Below, in pieces: positions 38,501 through 53,200 of a DNA stretch of 64,000 nt. A program made the translations under genes and the position numbers. The notes under the pieces were generated by a model that was given only the letters and a program-made list of their open reading frames with translations, ran no database searches and had not been told where the DNA came from. Source of the DNA: Balanoglossus misakiensis (lineage: Eukaryota > Animalia > Hemichordata); the NCBI GenBank assembly GCA_040954595.2, contig CM082580.2, positions 4,144,783 to 4,208,782 of the forward strand, read 5' to 3'. Each line of letters begins with the position of its first letter. The stretch's first letter is position 1.

Positions 38501-41500
38501 ACGATGCGAACCAAGACCATCTCAAACAATTGGAAGATGAAATGGAAACGCAGATGTTACGACTTGAGCAGAGGATACGTAAAGAGGTATGTGATCTCCT
38601 TATACCCTTTACTTTATTATTTTAATAACATTCGATTAAAGAAATGCATAATAGAATTTTATAATTTTGCTTGATTCAAAGATATCTGTAAATTTGCTTG
38701 TATTAGTGTGGCATACACTGCATATTCACTTACCGGGTGTTTATAACTGTATGTTTGTGTGACTTACAGGAAAAAGAAAACGCGGATTTGGAAAAGTTGG
38801 ATATGCGGCGACAATTCGAATCAGAGATCTCGGATTTGCAAGCCAACTTAAAACGCTTCAATAAGGTAAGAAACAACACCAGAAAATACAAGACAATGAC
38901 AAGACTTTAACCCAAGCTTCGAAACACAAACTTTAATTAAAATTTTGTCATCAGATATTTATTATATTTTCAGTTCGAATGCCATAACCCGAGGAAAAGA
39001 CTGAAATATTAGTTAACAAATATCCCCATGATCCAAAGAGTCGTTCATTAGCTGATTCCAAAGTCTTAACTTTCGTTTTTGTTTTTGTCCTCTACAGTTG
39101 GAGAACAGATTTCAAAGAGACACTGGCCGGGATGAGATGGTGTTTGGACTGAAGAACCAGGTCGACATTTTAATGCAGGAAAACAGGCAGTTGAAGAACA
39201 CCTTGACGGAATCAGAGACCAACCTTGCAATAACGCGAAGCGATCTAGCGACAGCACAATCCCACTACGAAGAACAGCGCGGTGCAATAGTACAGTAAGT
39301 CGACATCGATCCATAGGTGGCGCTATGTACTAGCTCTACGAGCTGTGTTTAAATCGCGCATGCTCAGTTACACTCTCACATGACCAACTTTCAGCCAATC
39401 AGGGAAGGCCACCTTTCGCCTCGTGCTACTTTTACTTTTACAGGCGGCAGTGCTTGAACATACTGCTTTCACTTTGTCGTAGCAGTTTGCTTTTCACCCA
39501 TAACGAAGAGATTTGGTAAAAGTCCGTGTCCATACATACGTATACACACGTACACAGACAGGCACCCAGACTCACGCTCAGACACATGTATCTGACTTTA
39601 CAGAGTAATAAATATTTGTCTGCATCGTGTCTTTTGTTTCAGAGAAAAATCTACAATCAATGCATACGAACAAGAGCACGAAAGTTTAACACGACAGTTA
39701 CATTTGCTACAGTGAGTACAAATTGGTGTTTACTGCGTGGATACCCAAAAACAAATGTGATCACAGCTAGCCTTCAAGCCCCAGTATAGTAGCGTTTTTT
39801 TTTCTAAGTCAACAATTTTATGATTTTAGCTTAAACCTAAATTGTGTAAGTTATATTAAGACATGCATATGCATGAGAAATGTACATGTATTGGTATTTC
39901 TTTCTTCAACGCACTTACTGTCGTTTTCTTCCACTCTCGCTGTGTTTAAATTGTGTTATTTATTCGTACTTTTTGTTTTACAGAGATGCGAATAAGAAAC
40001 TGCAGGATACTAACGATGATCTCAGGGCGGCATTAGAAGCCAGCAAACAGATGAGCAGAGTAAGTACACACAAATGTGTAATGTCACTGATATACATGTA
40101 TGTGCTCTATGTTCATGCTAGTATACTTTGGCTCCTATTTTTGTCAGTTGACCAAAGATAAACGGTACGCCTATATCACTTCTCTCTTTCAGAATATGAA
40201 ACCGAATAGGAAACCAATCAAAACGCAGGGCTCTTTTATGAACGATTACATCGACGAAGAGATGCCAACAGAAAAGTGAGTGGATTTTTCGAATCGCATC
40301 AGAACTTACAGAAATTCATGCAATGTGACCACATTACAGTCAATGAACACGGATCTAAGAATGTGTGTTCGCTGCGACTATTCACGCGACACATAATTCT
40401 ACGTCATAGATAGACAAATGCATATTACACTGAAATAGTTCAATATGACCTTCAATAGTTGGCGTTGGATATTAAACCAAAACGAACGTAACAATTCTTA
40501 ATACTGGTTTATTTCAAAGGCATATATAGTGAACCACACTTGACTTTAAAGATAATATCGGCAAAATATTGAACGCACGTTTTATCATTTACCAAATATA
40601 AACGAAAGCCATATACTGGAAATAATTGAAATAAATGTTTGAGTTATAGAAGATTGACATTATAGGTCAACATTTGAATTTAGAGTTGACGTCAGAAGTC
40701 ATTTTGATTCACCTATTAACCCTTTTTTCATGACACACCTCCCTTTTCCCTAATTCTGGTCCTTTCAAAATCCATTTCCTGGCGAAAATCAAAGTTCTAT
40801 CTAACACGTTTTACTCCATCGGAGAATAATTGGACACACAAATCCGAAACTTCTAGCTAGCGCCTGGAACACAATGGGAAGAAAAGCAAAAACTCTGTTA
40901 AAAGTGAACTTGGCATATTTATTTGCAGCGAGCAGTTGGTCAGCTCACGTTCACAGAACTCGATTGCACAGTCACTGCCACAATCTAAACGGGGTTCAAT
41001 TGGCAGCGGAACAGAATTGACACGACGGTATGGAAATGATAATCACTGCAGCAACTGAACATGTAGATTCCAGCTTTAAAAGATAAAAATCCATTTTCTG
41101 TGTGTCCGCTTCATTTCCCCATCTATCAAAACAACTATTAAACTTCCATGTCAACCACGGCCTAGCATTTAGAAACCAGTTTGTGTGAAGTCACATTTCA
41201 TTATCAAATTCACTAGTTGGCAAATATATCGCGCTCAAATATTACACTCATAACACGGTCACGAGGCGCGAAAACTTGGAAGGCGACATCCCTGCAATTC
41301 ACACAAATTCCAAGAAACTGCTGTCACGTGACATCTGCTTCAGCTCACATTTTCTCAATGGCGTTATTCTAGTAGTAATTAGGGCAACAGTGAGATGACC
41401 AATCGCATTATAACCTGTGTTTTATCTGCTTTGTTCTTAACACTGTCAATCTTTGCTAAACGATTCCTTCGTAGTTGTAAGCTGGGTCTAATTCTTGTGA

Positions 41501-44500
41501 TTTTTTGTTCACCTGGCTACTTTTTCCATGATGTTTTCTAAACAAAATTAACACATTAAATGTCACTTTTAAAGCGAGTGAGACACCGAGTTCGCTCATT
41601 TTATTTGTGTGTAAATTAAAACTAACCCTGTAATTGCAGACAAAGTGAAATAACAATGGAGACAATAGCCTAGGGAATAATATCTTCTCGCTTTGCTTGA
41701 CATTTCCCGCTTTTTCTCGTTATTTCTCGCAGCAAGCGATCACGGAGCAATCATGTGTCACGCGCGTCATCACTGGACGAAGACGCGTTAGCAGCATGTG
41801 ACCCTGGAATGATGGCGTCTCCATACCAACACACCATGGACTATGACAACTGGGATGTAGGTAGGTTAACTGGCTGCCCCCTGCAATCAGTGTTGCTGTG
41901 TGTGTGTAGTGGTGACATCATCAATGAGGCAGGTGAATGCAAGATGGATCTTGATCATAAGGCTCTTATTTTGACAGAAATAGATACCTCAATAAAGTGT
42001 GCACTGTTTGCCCCCACCTACACGTAAATTTGTGAAATGGTGAATAAGTGGCATGTCAATAGCTTCACAACATGTAAACCCGTTTGTTTTTAACTTTGCC
42101 TTGACCTACAAGATCACATTTAGTAAATAATGCATGATCATTTATGTTAATTTATCCAAGCATTCATAATCGAGGACTTTCAGGGTGAGTGGTGGTGGTA
42201 TAGAGGACTGGTCATATTTATTCTAAAAACCATTATTATAGCGTGGTGTGCGAACTAACCCAGCCCTAATTTCTATATTCTACTTTTGGTATCCGGGTGC
42301 ATTCGCACACGGACCCTGGATCTGCGGGGTCCACCATTGGCATTGCCAAGTTGACTCACTCTGTTCGCAAACTTCTACCATTCAACAAATTGAACTTACA
42401 TGTCTCATTTGCATGATGAGTTCAATTTCTGCATAATTTACATATTAATACGTCGGGTTATTTTGGGCTTGATGTGTGTGATTTGAGACAAGTGTTGCCA
42501 TGGTACTTTTTATCGACCCAATCTCAATGCCTCTCCAACTATACTAAAACTATCCCTGCAGGAACCTCTTTGCAACTCTGAAGGTTCTTAGAGCTTGAAT
42601 GATGGTTGTTGACCAGGATATCAGCTGGCAATTCCTCTACTCAACACTGGCAACATACACTTAGGCCTACATCCACGTACAAATGTATATATACACGTTC
42701 ATTCGAAACTGCATAATGTGCAGCTACATAGACAAACAAAACTCACCCAAATATACAATTGAGTGATAAATGTTTCCAGACTGGAAATGTTGTCAGAGGA
42801 ACCTAAAGTCACGCGGAATCTCACGTGTATTTGTTTGACAGACTCCGGGAACTCAACAATGCGCGATCCGTACGAGGATTCTGAGTACGATCCAAACAGC
42901 ATAGAGGACGACATTTCCAGACTCGGCAGTCCCACTTTAATGGTGCACGAGGATGAACACATGCAAAGCATTGCAGAAAATGACGTAAGCTGAACCAATA
43001 CTTGTACTATTTAACCATGAAGGGGTAATAATCACATGGTCATAATATTTCTCATTATTTTGTCATAGTTTTAGAAATATACAGTCTAACTTACTTGGGT
43101 GATATCTTGTGAAAAGAAATGTCAAAATACCCGGTTTATGGCATTTAAAACTTACCATGTGGAGGTGGACATAGTTCTTTGTACTGATTTTCACTGTGTG
43201 GTCCTGTGATACTTTCGTATTATTTTGGTTGACATTTTCTTGAATGTCTGTCATTCTTTTAGCTATCTCGTGATGGTAGTGTAAGTGATATCACAGTGGT
43301 TCAGGCGAACTATACCATGGCAGAAAAACCGCTAACTCCAAGGCAAGTCAGTCCTGTACCAAGTCAGAGAAGCGTCGATTCGCGGACGTCGTCTCGCCCG
43401 GGGAGTGGAAAACGAAGGGCCTTGCCAAGCGTACCGATGAGGGTAAGTGACAGATTGAGAGGTGGGGTCAATTTTGGATCATTGTTTGAGCAATTAAGAG
43501 GACAGTTACAAGTAAATGTTGAATGCATCCCAGTTGAGACCTGTTATTAACCACTTTTACATGTACACAGCCAGTCGACTTTGCATCATGTAGTTTTGTG
43601 ACCTTTGACCTAAACTTGTACGTACTTTGCATTTCTTGTTCAGCCGATCACACCGAGTAATGCACCGCCGGAGAGGATGTATAAGATAGTGATGGCGGGA
43701 GACGCCGCTGTCGGCAAATCTAGCTTCATCCTTCGTCTTTGTAAGGGAATTTTCCACAATAATTTAAACTCTACTCTCGGTAAGTGTAATTTTCGTCCAT
43801 TATTGTTCATAGACGCCATGACCCCCCCCCCCCCGTTCAGCCTGTAACTAGACTGTAACGAAATACATGTAGGAGATATAGAATGTTTTTTTTCACAGTC
43901 TGGGTGTGAATGTTCAAATCTTAATACGGCGAGCGTCATGCAAAAAAAAACGTGAATAATTTTCAACACATTTTGTCGTCGTTACAGGTGTCGACTTCCA
44001 GATGAAGACCCTAGAGATCGATGGGGTGGTGACGTCACTGCAACTGTGGGATACTGCCGGACAGGAGCGTTTCCGTAGCATCGCCAAATCCTATTTCCGC
44101 CGCGCTGACGGTGTCCTCATGCTGTATGACGTCACTTGTGACAGGTCGTTCATAAATGTCCGTGATTGGATGGAGGCTGTTCAGGTATGGTTTCTACCAG
44201 TGACACTCAAATAAGCATTATATGGATCAAGATTTAAACATAATTACTTTCATGAGTTTTCTGGAGGATTCATTCACCACCGTACTTTTGTTCCAATCAC
44301 TCTCATCGACGAACACCGAAAGTTGTAGTTTGCATTTCACATTTCTTTCAAACATTTCTTTATCGTATTCCGAACAGAAAGACAAAGAGTGAAATTCAGG
44401 TTGTATTGAGTCCATTTACCATTTCTTTGCAGGATGGAGCGCAAAAAGAATTACCAATAATGCTGTGCGGCAATAAGGTAGACGCTCGAGCTGAAACCGT

Positions 44501-45395
44501 TTCCAAGGGAAAGCGTTGTGTCACAACGGCAGATGGAGAACGACTTGCCAAGGTGAATAAATTAACCCCGAAATATTATAAATAAGAATAAAGTGAAGAA
44601 TTGAAACTCAGCTAATTTAAGATGGATATGTTTTAATGAGAGAGAAAGGAGTGATGATGGGGGACGTGAAGACTGAGAGACTGAGAGAGAGAGAGACAGA
44701 CAGACTAACGACACATTTGGTTTGGTTTACTTGTAACATGACCTTACACTTACTAATCGTACACTAACGCTTGCTTCTTGTTATATATTCCTAGTGTTTT
44801 TTTCTCTAAATATTGACTTTCATATTTTCATTTCAGTCTTATGGGGCGCTGTTCGTAGAAACGAGTGCCAAAGATGGAGACAACATCCTGGAAGCGGTCA
44901 ATGAACTGGCAAGGTAAGGAGCGCCCCCATACATTTTGCCATGTTTGACTTTCGTTTGACAAAAATAAGGCAAACCAGATCCATACCGTTATGAAAGGAG
45001 GCGTTACATACTGAACTTTCTCTCATTTATTTATGTTTGTCATGAACAATGTTTCATTGACCTCATAGCAAATATTTCTTGTTGTCAAGAAATGTAAGGT
45101 GGTATTGAAGTTTAAGCGGGGATTTAGGACAACATTTCACACTTTCGTATACAAGTTGGTCTCAGCGGTGGTAAATATCACAGGCTAGCTGAGAATACAT
45201 AAATGTACGCTTTTCCTATTCACTGCCATCGAAACGAACGCAAAGTAACGGAGACTAAACAGACTACCACTTAAAATATTCTAAACTTTATATTTCTGCA
45301 GGCGCCTCCATGAAAAGGAAGATCTAGAAGTGAAAAGTGCGGGAATGAAATTGGATGACGAAATCAAACCGAAAGAGGAGAGCAAGTGTTGCTAA
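26167..45395 (+). CDS. RASEF: Ras and EF-hand domain-containing protein (RASEF/Rab45): EF-hands, coiled coil, Rab GTPase, C-terminal CC prenylation motif
   Basis: Exons A 26167-26588 and/or B 30211(ATG 30227)-30564, then 38172-38321, 38496-38586, 38770-38865, 39098-39294, 39643-39711, 39984-40059, 40193-40275, (40929-41027), 41733-41860, 42842-42984, 43263-43442, 43644-43779, 43988-44184, 44433-44552, 44837-44913 and 45302-45395. Phases are consistent. Motifs [33 protein letters not shown] and KCC-stop. About 724 aa (B) or 752 aa (A) without the optional exon. Confidence 0.92.
26947..27016. repeat. (AAAT)n microsatellite
   Basis: About 70 bp of imperfect AAAT repeats. Confidence 0.9.
30211..30564 (+). 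CDS. RASEF: RASEF EF-hand exon B (own ATG at 30227; in-frame acceptor ending at 30210)
   Basis: EF loops [12 protein letters not shown] and [12 protein letters not shown], then AWQSF...; phase-2 donor AG|gtaata; branch point GACTAAC at 30167-30173. Confidence 0.85.
36775..36830. repeat. ~22-bp tandem repeat, about 2.5 copies
   Basis: gcacgacaaataattgtttgtc / gcacgacaaaaatttgtttgtc / acacgacaaaaa. Confidence 0.8.
38172..40275 (+). CDS. RASEF: RASEF coiled-coil region (7 exons)
   Basis: [11 protein letters not shown]..., [12 protein letters not shown]..., ESEISDLQ..., [43 protein letters not shown]; canonical splice sites. Confidence 0.85.
43644..45395 (+). CDS. RASEF: RASEF Rab GTPase domain (5 exons)
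   Basis: [59 protein letters not shown], terminal KCC. Confidence 0.95.
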
Positions 45396-48300
45396 AGTAA
45401 ATATCACCCACAATTCACCGCGTGGCTTTAAGAATCACAAGCCTTCCATCTTCTGACCAAACGTTACTTCGTCCGTGTACTGTCTATACTTCGTCCGATG
45501 AGTGTACTATTGCGATTTAAATAATTTATTTAATCACTAAGTTACCTGGAAAACATTATCCCGCCATTTTGAATTGTATATTTGCCAGAAAAAATCTGAA
45601 AATGAAAAAAAGTACTCGATTTTTTACAAGATTTGTACATACGAAAAAAGTACTGTGTATGAAATTTACACTATTCAAGAATTTTAGACTTTTAGTTGAA
45701 GTTATTCTGCTGTGACTTTTCACTTTAACATTCCATTTACATACTACATATCAAAATCTAGGTTTAGGTATAGCTATATAAATTTGAGCCGTCTGTCTTT
45801 TTCTGTCTGTCATTTTGTATATGTCTGTCTGAAAATATGACAGCATATTTGGTAATCACCGAAAGTGCCTTAACTATCTTTATGGTGAAAACATCACATG
45901 ATTGTACCGTCGATATCACTAGTATATCTTTTTTATATCTTTAAATGAAACTAGGTGTATATATTTCGACTTCTTTAGAAAATAGTAGAGTTATTTTTGA
46001 TACTTCAATTCAACGCCAACGACACATTTGGCCTCGAGTGCAGCTGTAGAAACGTATGGAAGTTGGCTGAATGTGTGTGTGTATTTTTCTGATCCCTGCT
46101 TCACGAAGTGAGATCAAGTGATGTTTGCAGTTGTATGCAATTCGTGTCAGAAGTCAAGCTCTGAATTTACTGTACACGTGTCAATTTGTGCGTGTGTAGA
46201 AATCATGAAGGCGTATTGAGTTCTACTGTCCAAGTACCCTACAGGGAAAACTGTTGAAACATTCGAGTCTCTACGATAGCCGCCTCCTTTGATGAGATTT
46301 GTTTTTCATCAAGGATGACGCCTGGCTTTCATTACCGGACAAACATATCAATGTTTCAGTGCCTTCCCACAAAGTACTCAGAATTAAGACATTGGGTTTT
46401 ACCGGTGTGCATATGTATCAGGAATTAGTCTATTCAAACACACACGATTTTCGCAAGCGTTTTCAATCTTTCCATGGGTATTTTATTCCATTTTAAACTA
46501 GTAATTTCTAAGTGTGACGTCAACACAGTTCATCCATGATGTGATATGTACATGTATGGGTATATCTCACAGCCCTGAATTTTCAGATAGCAGAGGGACC
46601 GACACCGTGTACTTTACTGTTGTACGCGACAAATTGGTGATAGAAGTACGACTCTTTACAACTTTCACGTTTTGTTCTTATTTTATTCACATTATTGTAC
46701 AATGTCCTGTATCTAACGAATCCTCTAGATACATGTAGGAAAGATGAATCAGTTTATTCTATATATCTATAGTGTTCTGTGCTATCAAATAGGCGCAGGT
46801 TCGTGGCGTACATATCTGATGGCTTGATTATATATAACCTTGGATTACTGTATCCGTGATCATCTTTCCAGTACAACGATCTCTCGTTGATTTGCAAACG
46901 TATTTTTTTTATTTCAAGGAACACGATATTGAATTGTTAATCAAAAACCTAAATTTTGTCTTCTTGCCAAGAAATATTTGATCGGATTTCTATAATAAGA
47001 AAGTCATCATTGACAATCAAAATAGACATTCAACTGCACAAATCGCATCGAATTTCAATTTTCATGCATCACTGTCACTCGGCGCATGCGCTAACTTTCA
47101 TTACAGAATTCGCATAGGTACAATCGATGTTTTCCCCTTATCATGTATTGTAAACTTCAGGTTTTGTGTTGGGTTGGAGAGATAACCTCATAATTATTAT
47201 AGTGGACTTCAGTAACTTGCGTTTCTGAACTCCGCTAACCGTTGAAGCATTATAAACTATATTTTGGTCACATGTTGCTTGAATCCATAATCACTGCCGG
47301 AAATGGTTGAACTAGGTTAAAATAATCCGAGTTTATTAGGAAAATAAATAGTTTGTGCAAAATACCATAAAAGAATACAAGCAGATGACATAGAGTCATC
47401 TGTCACGAGGGAAAGTACAAAAGTAGTCAATGTACTGAATCTAGGCTAGAATATTTGTTTCTATCATGTACATATTTGTCATGGAATATATAACAGCTGA
47501 CCTACCTTAGCCTACGACGTCATGTTTTACTAGCGACATGCTCAGATTTCACTCTACTGCTGAGTCTGGCACATACACAATACAATGACGTCATTTGTAC
47601 GCAGCATTACGTCATCGATTTTATCAATTATTATAGTAACGATCTTCTGTCATGCAGTAGTCTTATTCAAAATCTTTTGTAGCTTAACTCTTTGACACAA
47701 TTTTTAGAAGCAGATCTCCAATGATAAATGCACAATAGAGTAGCTTGCATTTATGTCTAAGTGAGTTAAGCCACCACTTAACGCACATGATCCGTTGCAA
47801 AGACATGTTTTTACGACCGATTTTAGCAAGGTTTAGTTTTAGATAGAGCTGGACAGAAAGTCTGTGTTTGTGCAAATTTATTATTTATAAGTGTTTTTGA
47901 AGTTAGGATTTTCAGAAATCCGCTTAAGAGATACGTCTCCTTAGCTTGTTGTACGTAGTTCCAGGAAAGTAGTATTGGAGTCGTTTCCTTGGCAACGGGA
48001 GTTTTTATGTCCCAATACTATAGCATTATTTTACAAAATTTAACCTATATCTACCTTTGTACAGGTACTTTGGAGCGATAAGTTTTGACTCAAAACTTTG
48101 CGATTTTACATTTGGTATTTGTCACTTGGATTTCTGAAAGTCTCGTTTTCTTCCCCTTAGAGTGACAGTAACCTTTGAACCCTGTCCGTCATAAAAGTCC
48201 GGGCCATGGTTTAAAGATTACTGGATACATTCTTATATAATGCCGAAAAGTACAATTGTAATATATCATCCGTCTTCAGACAGAACACGAAAAACTTTTC

Positions 48301-50033
48301 ATTTCGATTTTAATTTTACTGTTTTCAGTTGTCATAAACTGTTCAGCTTTAAATTCACAGTATTTCTTTTCAAATTTGATAAGAGTTTTATCGTCCGTTT
48401 GATGTAATTTTGCACAAATCAAAAAAGGTATAAGAGTAAATTTATGAGATTTATAGAGCAATTTTAATGTTTGTTTTTGATTTCGATTTGATTTTGCGTT
48501 CAATTATAGGGTAAGTCTAGGTATAGAAAATAAGTTTGTCATGGTATTGGTCAAAACCTATACTGAATAGAATGTCTATGTGGAAATAAATATCAATAAA
48601 ACATTGATAAATGTGTCCGCTTGTCGTTTTGTGGTCATAATAGGCAGATTTTCTTTGGCTTTGTTTTATGGTGTTGCTTATACACATGTATCCAACGATT
48701 TTCATGAGCACAGCTTTCCAACACGACAATTTAACATCACTGGAACGAGTACGGATAAGTTTCCATGGCACTACAGCCTGTAATGTGTGGCCTATATTCG
48801 CAGTGACTCAAAATCCGCGAACAATTTCTGCGGACAGTGACTTTTCTCTTCAAATGTAGGTCATCGAACGCATGGTGAGACGACAATTTTTTTTTATCGC
48901 CGTAAGATATACCGGTAAAGACACTCAGCAATATACGTGTACCAACATTGCGCGCAAAACACACTAAATTGCTACTTGCAGTATACGACAAGTGCTTGGC
49001 GGGAATATCGGTAACAGACTATCGTACTTGCCCGTAATGATCAAATCGATTATGTTGGATTAAAACGGGCAATTTTACCAGAACAATCAAATTTCGCAAC
49101 GTATGATCTGGCAGCTGATAAAAGCTCCTACACCCTTACAAAATTTCACGAGATACATCTTCAGCTCGTAACCTTAGCAACGCACTGCTTACGTCATAGA
49201 TGCAAATGCACCGTAACAGGTACTTTGAACATTGTACATCTTACACGCGTTTTTATTAGATTAAATAGCGATTCCTGCAAAAATTCCAAGATTATATTGA
49301 AGGAAAACTTCTGGATCGATCGTGAAATGCAAGAAGCTTTCTCGATAAACGATTTATATTTTCTGTTTATCAAGCATACAGGTACCTGGCTATTAAATTT
49401 TCCCACGTGTAACAATGGGGGGTTGTATGTTCCCATCAGCTCCGTGTAGGCATACATATATAAAATGCCCTCGTCAAGATTCAGGCTTGTCATGCCTAAG
49501 ATGTCGTTCAACTAGCATGAAAACCTTGAAAGCATGGGACATATATTTGAATTACAGATGCCCGGTCAATTCCCGTTTTTGCCGATTGTGAAGACGAGCT
49601 GGGTCCCGGGTGCAGTTACTGAGATGTAACCAACTTGGCTTTTACGTGTGTACTAGAACGTGAAATGATGAGCGATTCCATGCAAAGCGAAATTGGGCTG
49701 TCTCGGGTGAATCGATGACGTTTCTGAATCTATAATCAATGGATGATTTCAGAAAATGAAAAAAAACTCACTTTGACAATTTTTCAGTTGAAGAACGTTC
49801 GCAATTTGTAACAAAGCATAGGCCAGTCTCTCAAAGACTTGTGACGACACATGCGACGCCACCGCGAACAAAAATAACAACGAATTATTGCATGCTTTTT
49901 ACTACAAAAGTGACGCATTCATCGTTAATGACTGAGACAGAATAACATTTATTAATTTTTCATGCCGAAATTAGTCGTGAGAATCACGTATCCTTTAGGT
50001 CATTGGAGATAAGGCCATCAAAGAGTCACGATG

Positions 50034-50284
50034 GTCTCTTAAAACATTGACGCAAACCACTTACTTTCTTTCTTGCCTTTCAGCAAATACATCGTGTCAT
50101 GCTAAACAAATTACAATCTTCGAAATGTTGTAGAAATATGATGAAACGATAAAGACGATAGTCTCCCAAAACATTGCAGCAAACCACTTATTTTCTTACC
50201 TTTCAGCAAAAACATCGAGTCTCGGTAAACAAATCACTATCTATACGGAATGTTTTAGAAATATGATGAAAAGGTAAACGCGAT
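50034..50284. repeat. Diverged ~125-bp tandem dimer
   Basis: gtctc..aaaacattg..gcaaaccactta..cctttcagcaaa..taaacaaat..tagaaatatgatgaaa starts at 50034 and again at 50161. Confidence 0.85.
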
Positions 50285-53200
50285 GTAAACCCGGTGCTGG
50301 CGCCGCAGTGGCGCCATTAAGGTCTATTACAGTCACTTCATGTGTTATGTGTGCAGGGTTGTGTGTATAGCAAACAGTAAATGGTCAGAGACAATTACAC
50401 TTGACCTGTCTTAGCAAATGTCAGTCATTTGCTGACGTACGGGTAAATATTTTAACTTATTAGTTTTGTTGTCATTTCTCGTGTTGAAAGTGGTAGAAGA
50501 TCAATTGTGATCAATTGCAGTCGTAATAGCCCAATTACAGACGATTAGAACATTTTCCTCTGTCGCAACTCGTCAGAGGTTGGACAAATATAATTTTCGT
50601 GTATTTATAGGTATTTTCGTCTCAGATGCTACACAACTAATATGTTTCCATTAAAAACATATTCCGACCCAGTGACTTCAGACTCCAGAATATGCTTAAT
50701 AGTCAGGATGACAACAAGCTTAGTCATAATTCACTCGCATATTCACTGTTTCAAAACGATGTTTAAAGTTAAACTATACAACAACAATAACAGAAGCAGA
50801 AACAACAATATAAGAATAAGCAATTTTCTTTACAGAAATTGTCGAATTTATTTCTTATGTTATACATTGAATCGATGCACACGTGACAATTGATGTGAAG
50901 GTGACCTTGTCTCAAAACAGAACTGAACACGTAATTCCCTGCATGATACATTTTCATGGCGATGATCGTTATGTTGGAAATGTGGGCAGTTGCTCCTCAT
51001 AAAGTTCCCCGAGGGGTAGGTGCGCCCACAACGCTTTGTGGGTGATTGTCATTTCCTTGATGGAATAGCCGTCTCTCTTACTTCTTCACGTGTTTAAGTG
51101 CACGTATTGCACATGTGAACTACAATTTTGCTTTCGGCGGGAACTCGTGTAAATGACAAAGTACGTTCACATTATGCAGGCTTCCAATGCTGCTTAGACC
51201 CAAGGCAGGCGATTTCCCGGGCTTTTCATTGGGGCTGAACGATATTAGACGTTAAATTAAAACGGGAGAAAATATAGGGATAACTCGAAGATTACTTTGC
51301 AACCTTTACATTATTTTTAATTCTTCGTGGCGAAGGATAAGATTATCTCCAAAGATTAACATGTCTGTTGTATACATAGTTAACGCTATAGATTTATTGA
51401 ATGCGAATAACCGCAGCACAAGCTACCACGGAAGCTGCAGTTCAAGAACTAAAGAGACAAGCTACTATAACTGAACCACTCACATCCGCCCGCTATTATA
51501 GGACAAGTGCCAATATCGGATGCACACATTTTTACATTTCCTTAAATAAAGAATGAGAACGTTGTATTCTTTCAGTGCTATGAAGTTTTAATGACACCGT
51601 AAAAGGATATTAATTTTTAAACACTCACATTTCAAAATGTAAACCGCATGTCAAGGATTCTTTGATTGACAGCCATGCACCTTGCAACGTTATCATGCAG
51701 ATTACTAAGTACACTCATTGCTGAATTATCCGCAAATAAACAAAGGGAATCAATAAGACAATAGTTTGGTAAAGGAGACAAGTCCGGTAGTCTACAGTTA
51801 AGTCGTTGTTATGAAACCAACGCTTCGACCACACACAGGAGGTCTCCTTCAGGGTAATACTGGAGAGCTGTAAAAACCGATTGTACTATGATGGTGAGAA
51901 GAGGCGAAATCATCATAGTGCGATCGGCTTTGTCTCCTTTACTAAACTCAAGATCAGGTCCGTGTATCCATCCTGGCGCATCCGCCTTGTAGTTGGACTG
52001 ATTGCAGTTTCGTTCCCGACAAACAATAAGACATGCTTAAATACTAGGGATTTCTCGCCAGTATTTTCACCTAATAAGGAAATTGCAGTGTTTGTATAGT
52101 CACAGTAGGTAATACCACTGGGGATACGGTAAATGATGCAGTAAGAGGTAATTCTTAATTCTAAGACAGTCTCCATGGTATTCAGTGTCTGAACCCACAC
52201 GGGGACTGCAGCCGATGTCCGGGTAATTTGCGTCTCTCCGCAGCGGAAGTGTGATGCATTCACCGTGAAATTACACCCACTGCATTCGCTGAAATGAACC
52301 TGATAACGAGTTTGTTGTGAGTGAGAAAGAAAAAAAGCGAGGCCACCTTAACTGACCTTCAATGACGTGATGCGTCAACGCGCGGTTAATAGAGAGGTGA
52401 GAGTCGTTTCAAAACCCCAGCTGTTGCAAAGTAGGGATTATATTATAAAACGAATTGAGATTACTCCGTATTGTCGACTCAACAACACTGAATAAGGAAC
52501 CACCTTGTAAGAAAGCGCAAAGTCGTAATTTATAACCGTGAGAGATTTATTAACTTTTATACGAGTCAATAATGGATATAGTTGTTAATTTTATTACACC
52601 CGGCAGTGAATTATACGGGTCTCCGTCGTGTAGTCATACGCGCATCAATCTACATCTTCTGATGGGCACGTATATGTGTTGCATAGCAACAAAGATGTAC
52701 GCCTGTGTTATTTATTTTTTCTTATCTATAAATCACTTTCTACATATTTCTTTAATCTGACGAGTCTACTCTCCAAACGGCACATTTCACTTTATACCAC
52801 GTACACTAGCGAAGTTTTATGATATTCTCATGTTATGATATTAGAATTTATTGTCAAATTTATAATTTTTCGACAGCAAGGCGATGCCAGTTAATGATAT
52901 GGTTTCAATTTCCACAGCAAAGTGCGATGCAGCGAGAAATGGATACATCATTCAGCCATTTGTGAAAATACATTTTACGCCTTCATTGCCCCTGCCAGAA
53001 AAGTGAACATGATACAAATGATATTGGCCCCGGATGTGGGTTGTTTTTCCTGCGTTAAAAACTCTAGTCTAGTCTAGCTAGTCATCCATTTTCTTGATTT
53101 CTTGGCCACCGGAGATAAGACCGGTCGGTAAGTTAGATTTAATTTACACTGTGAACATCATTTTATAACCTTAGCAAATTGAATGGGAGTCGCGTTCCAT

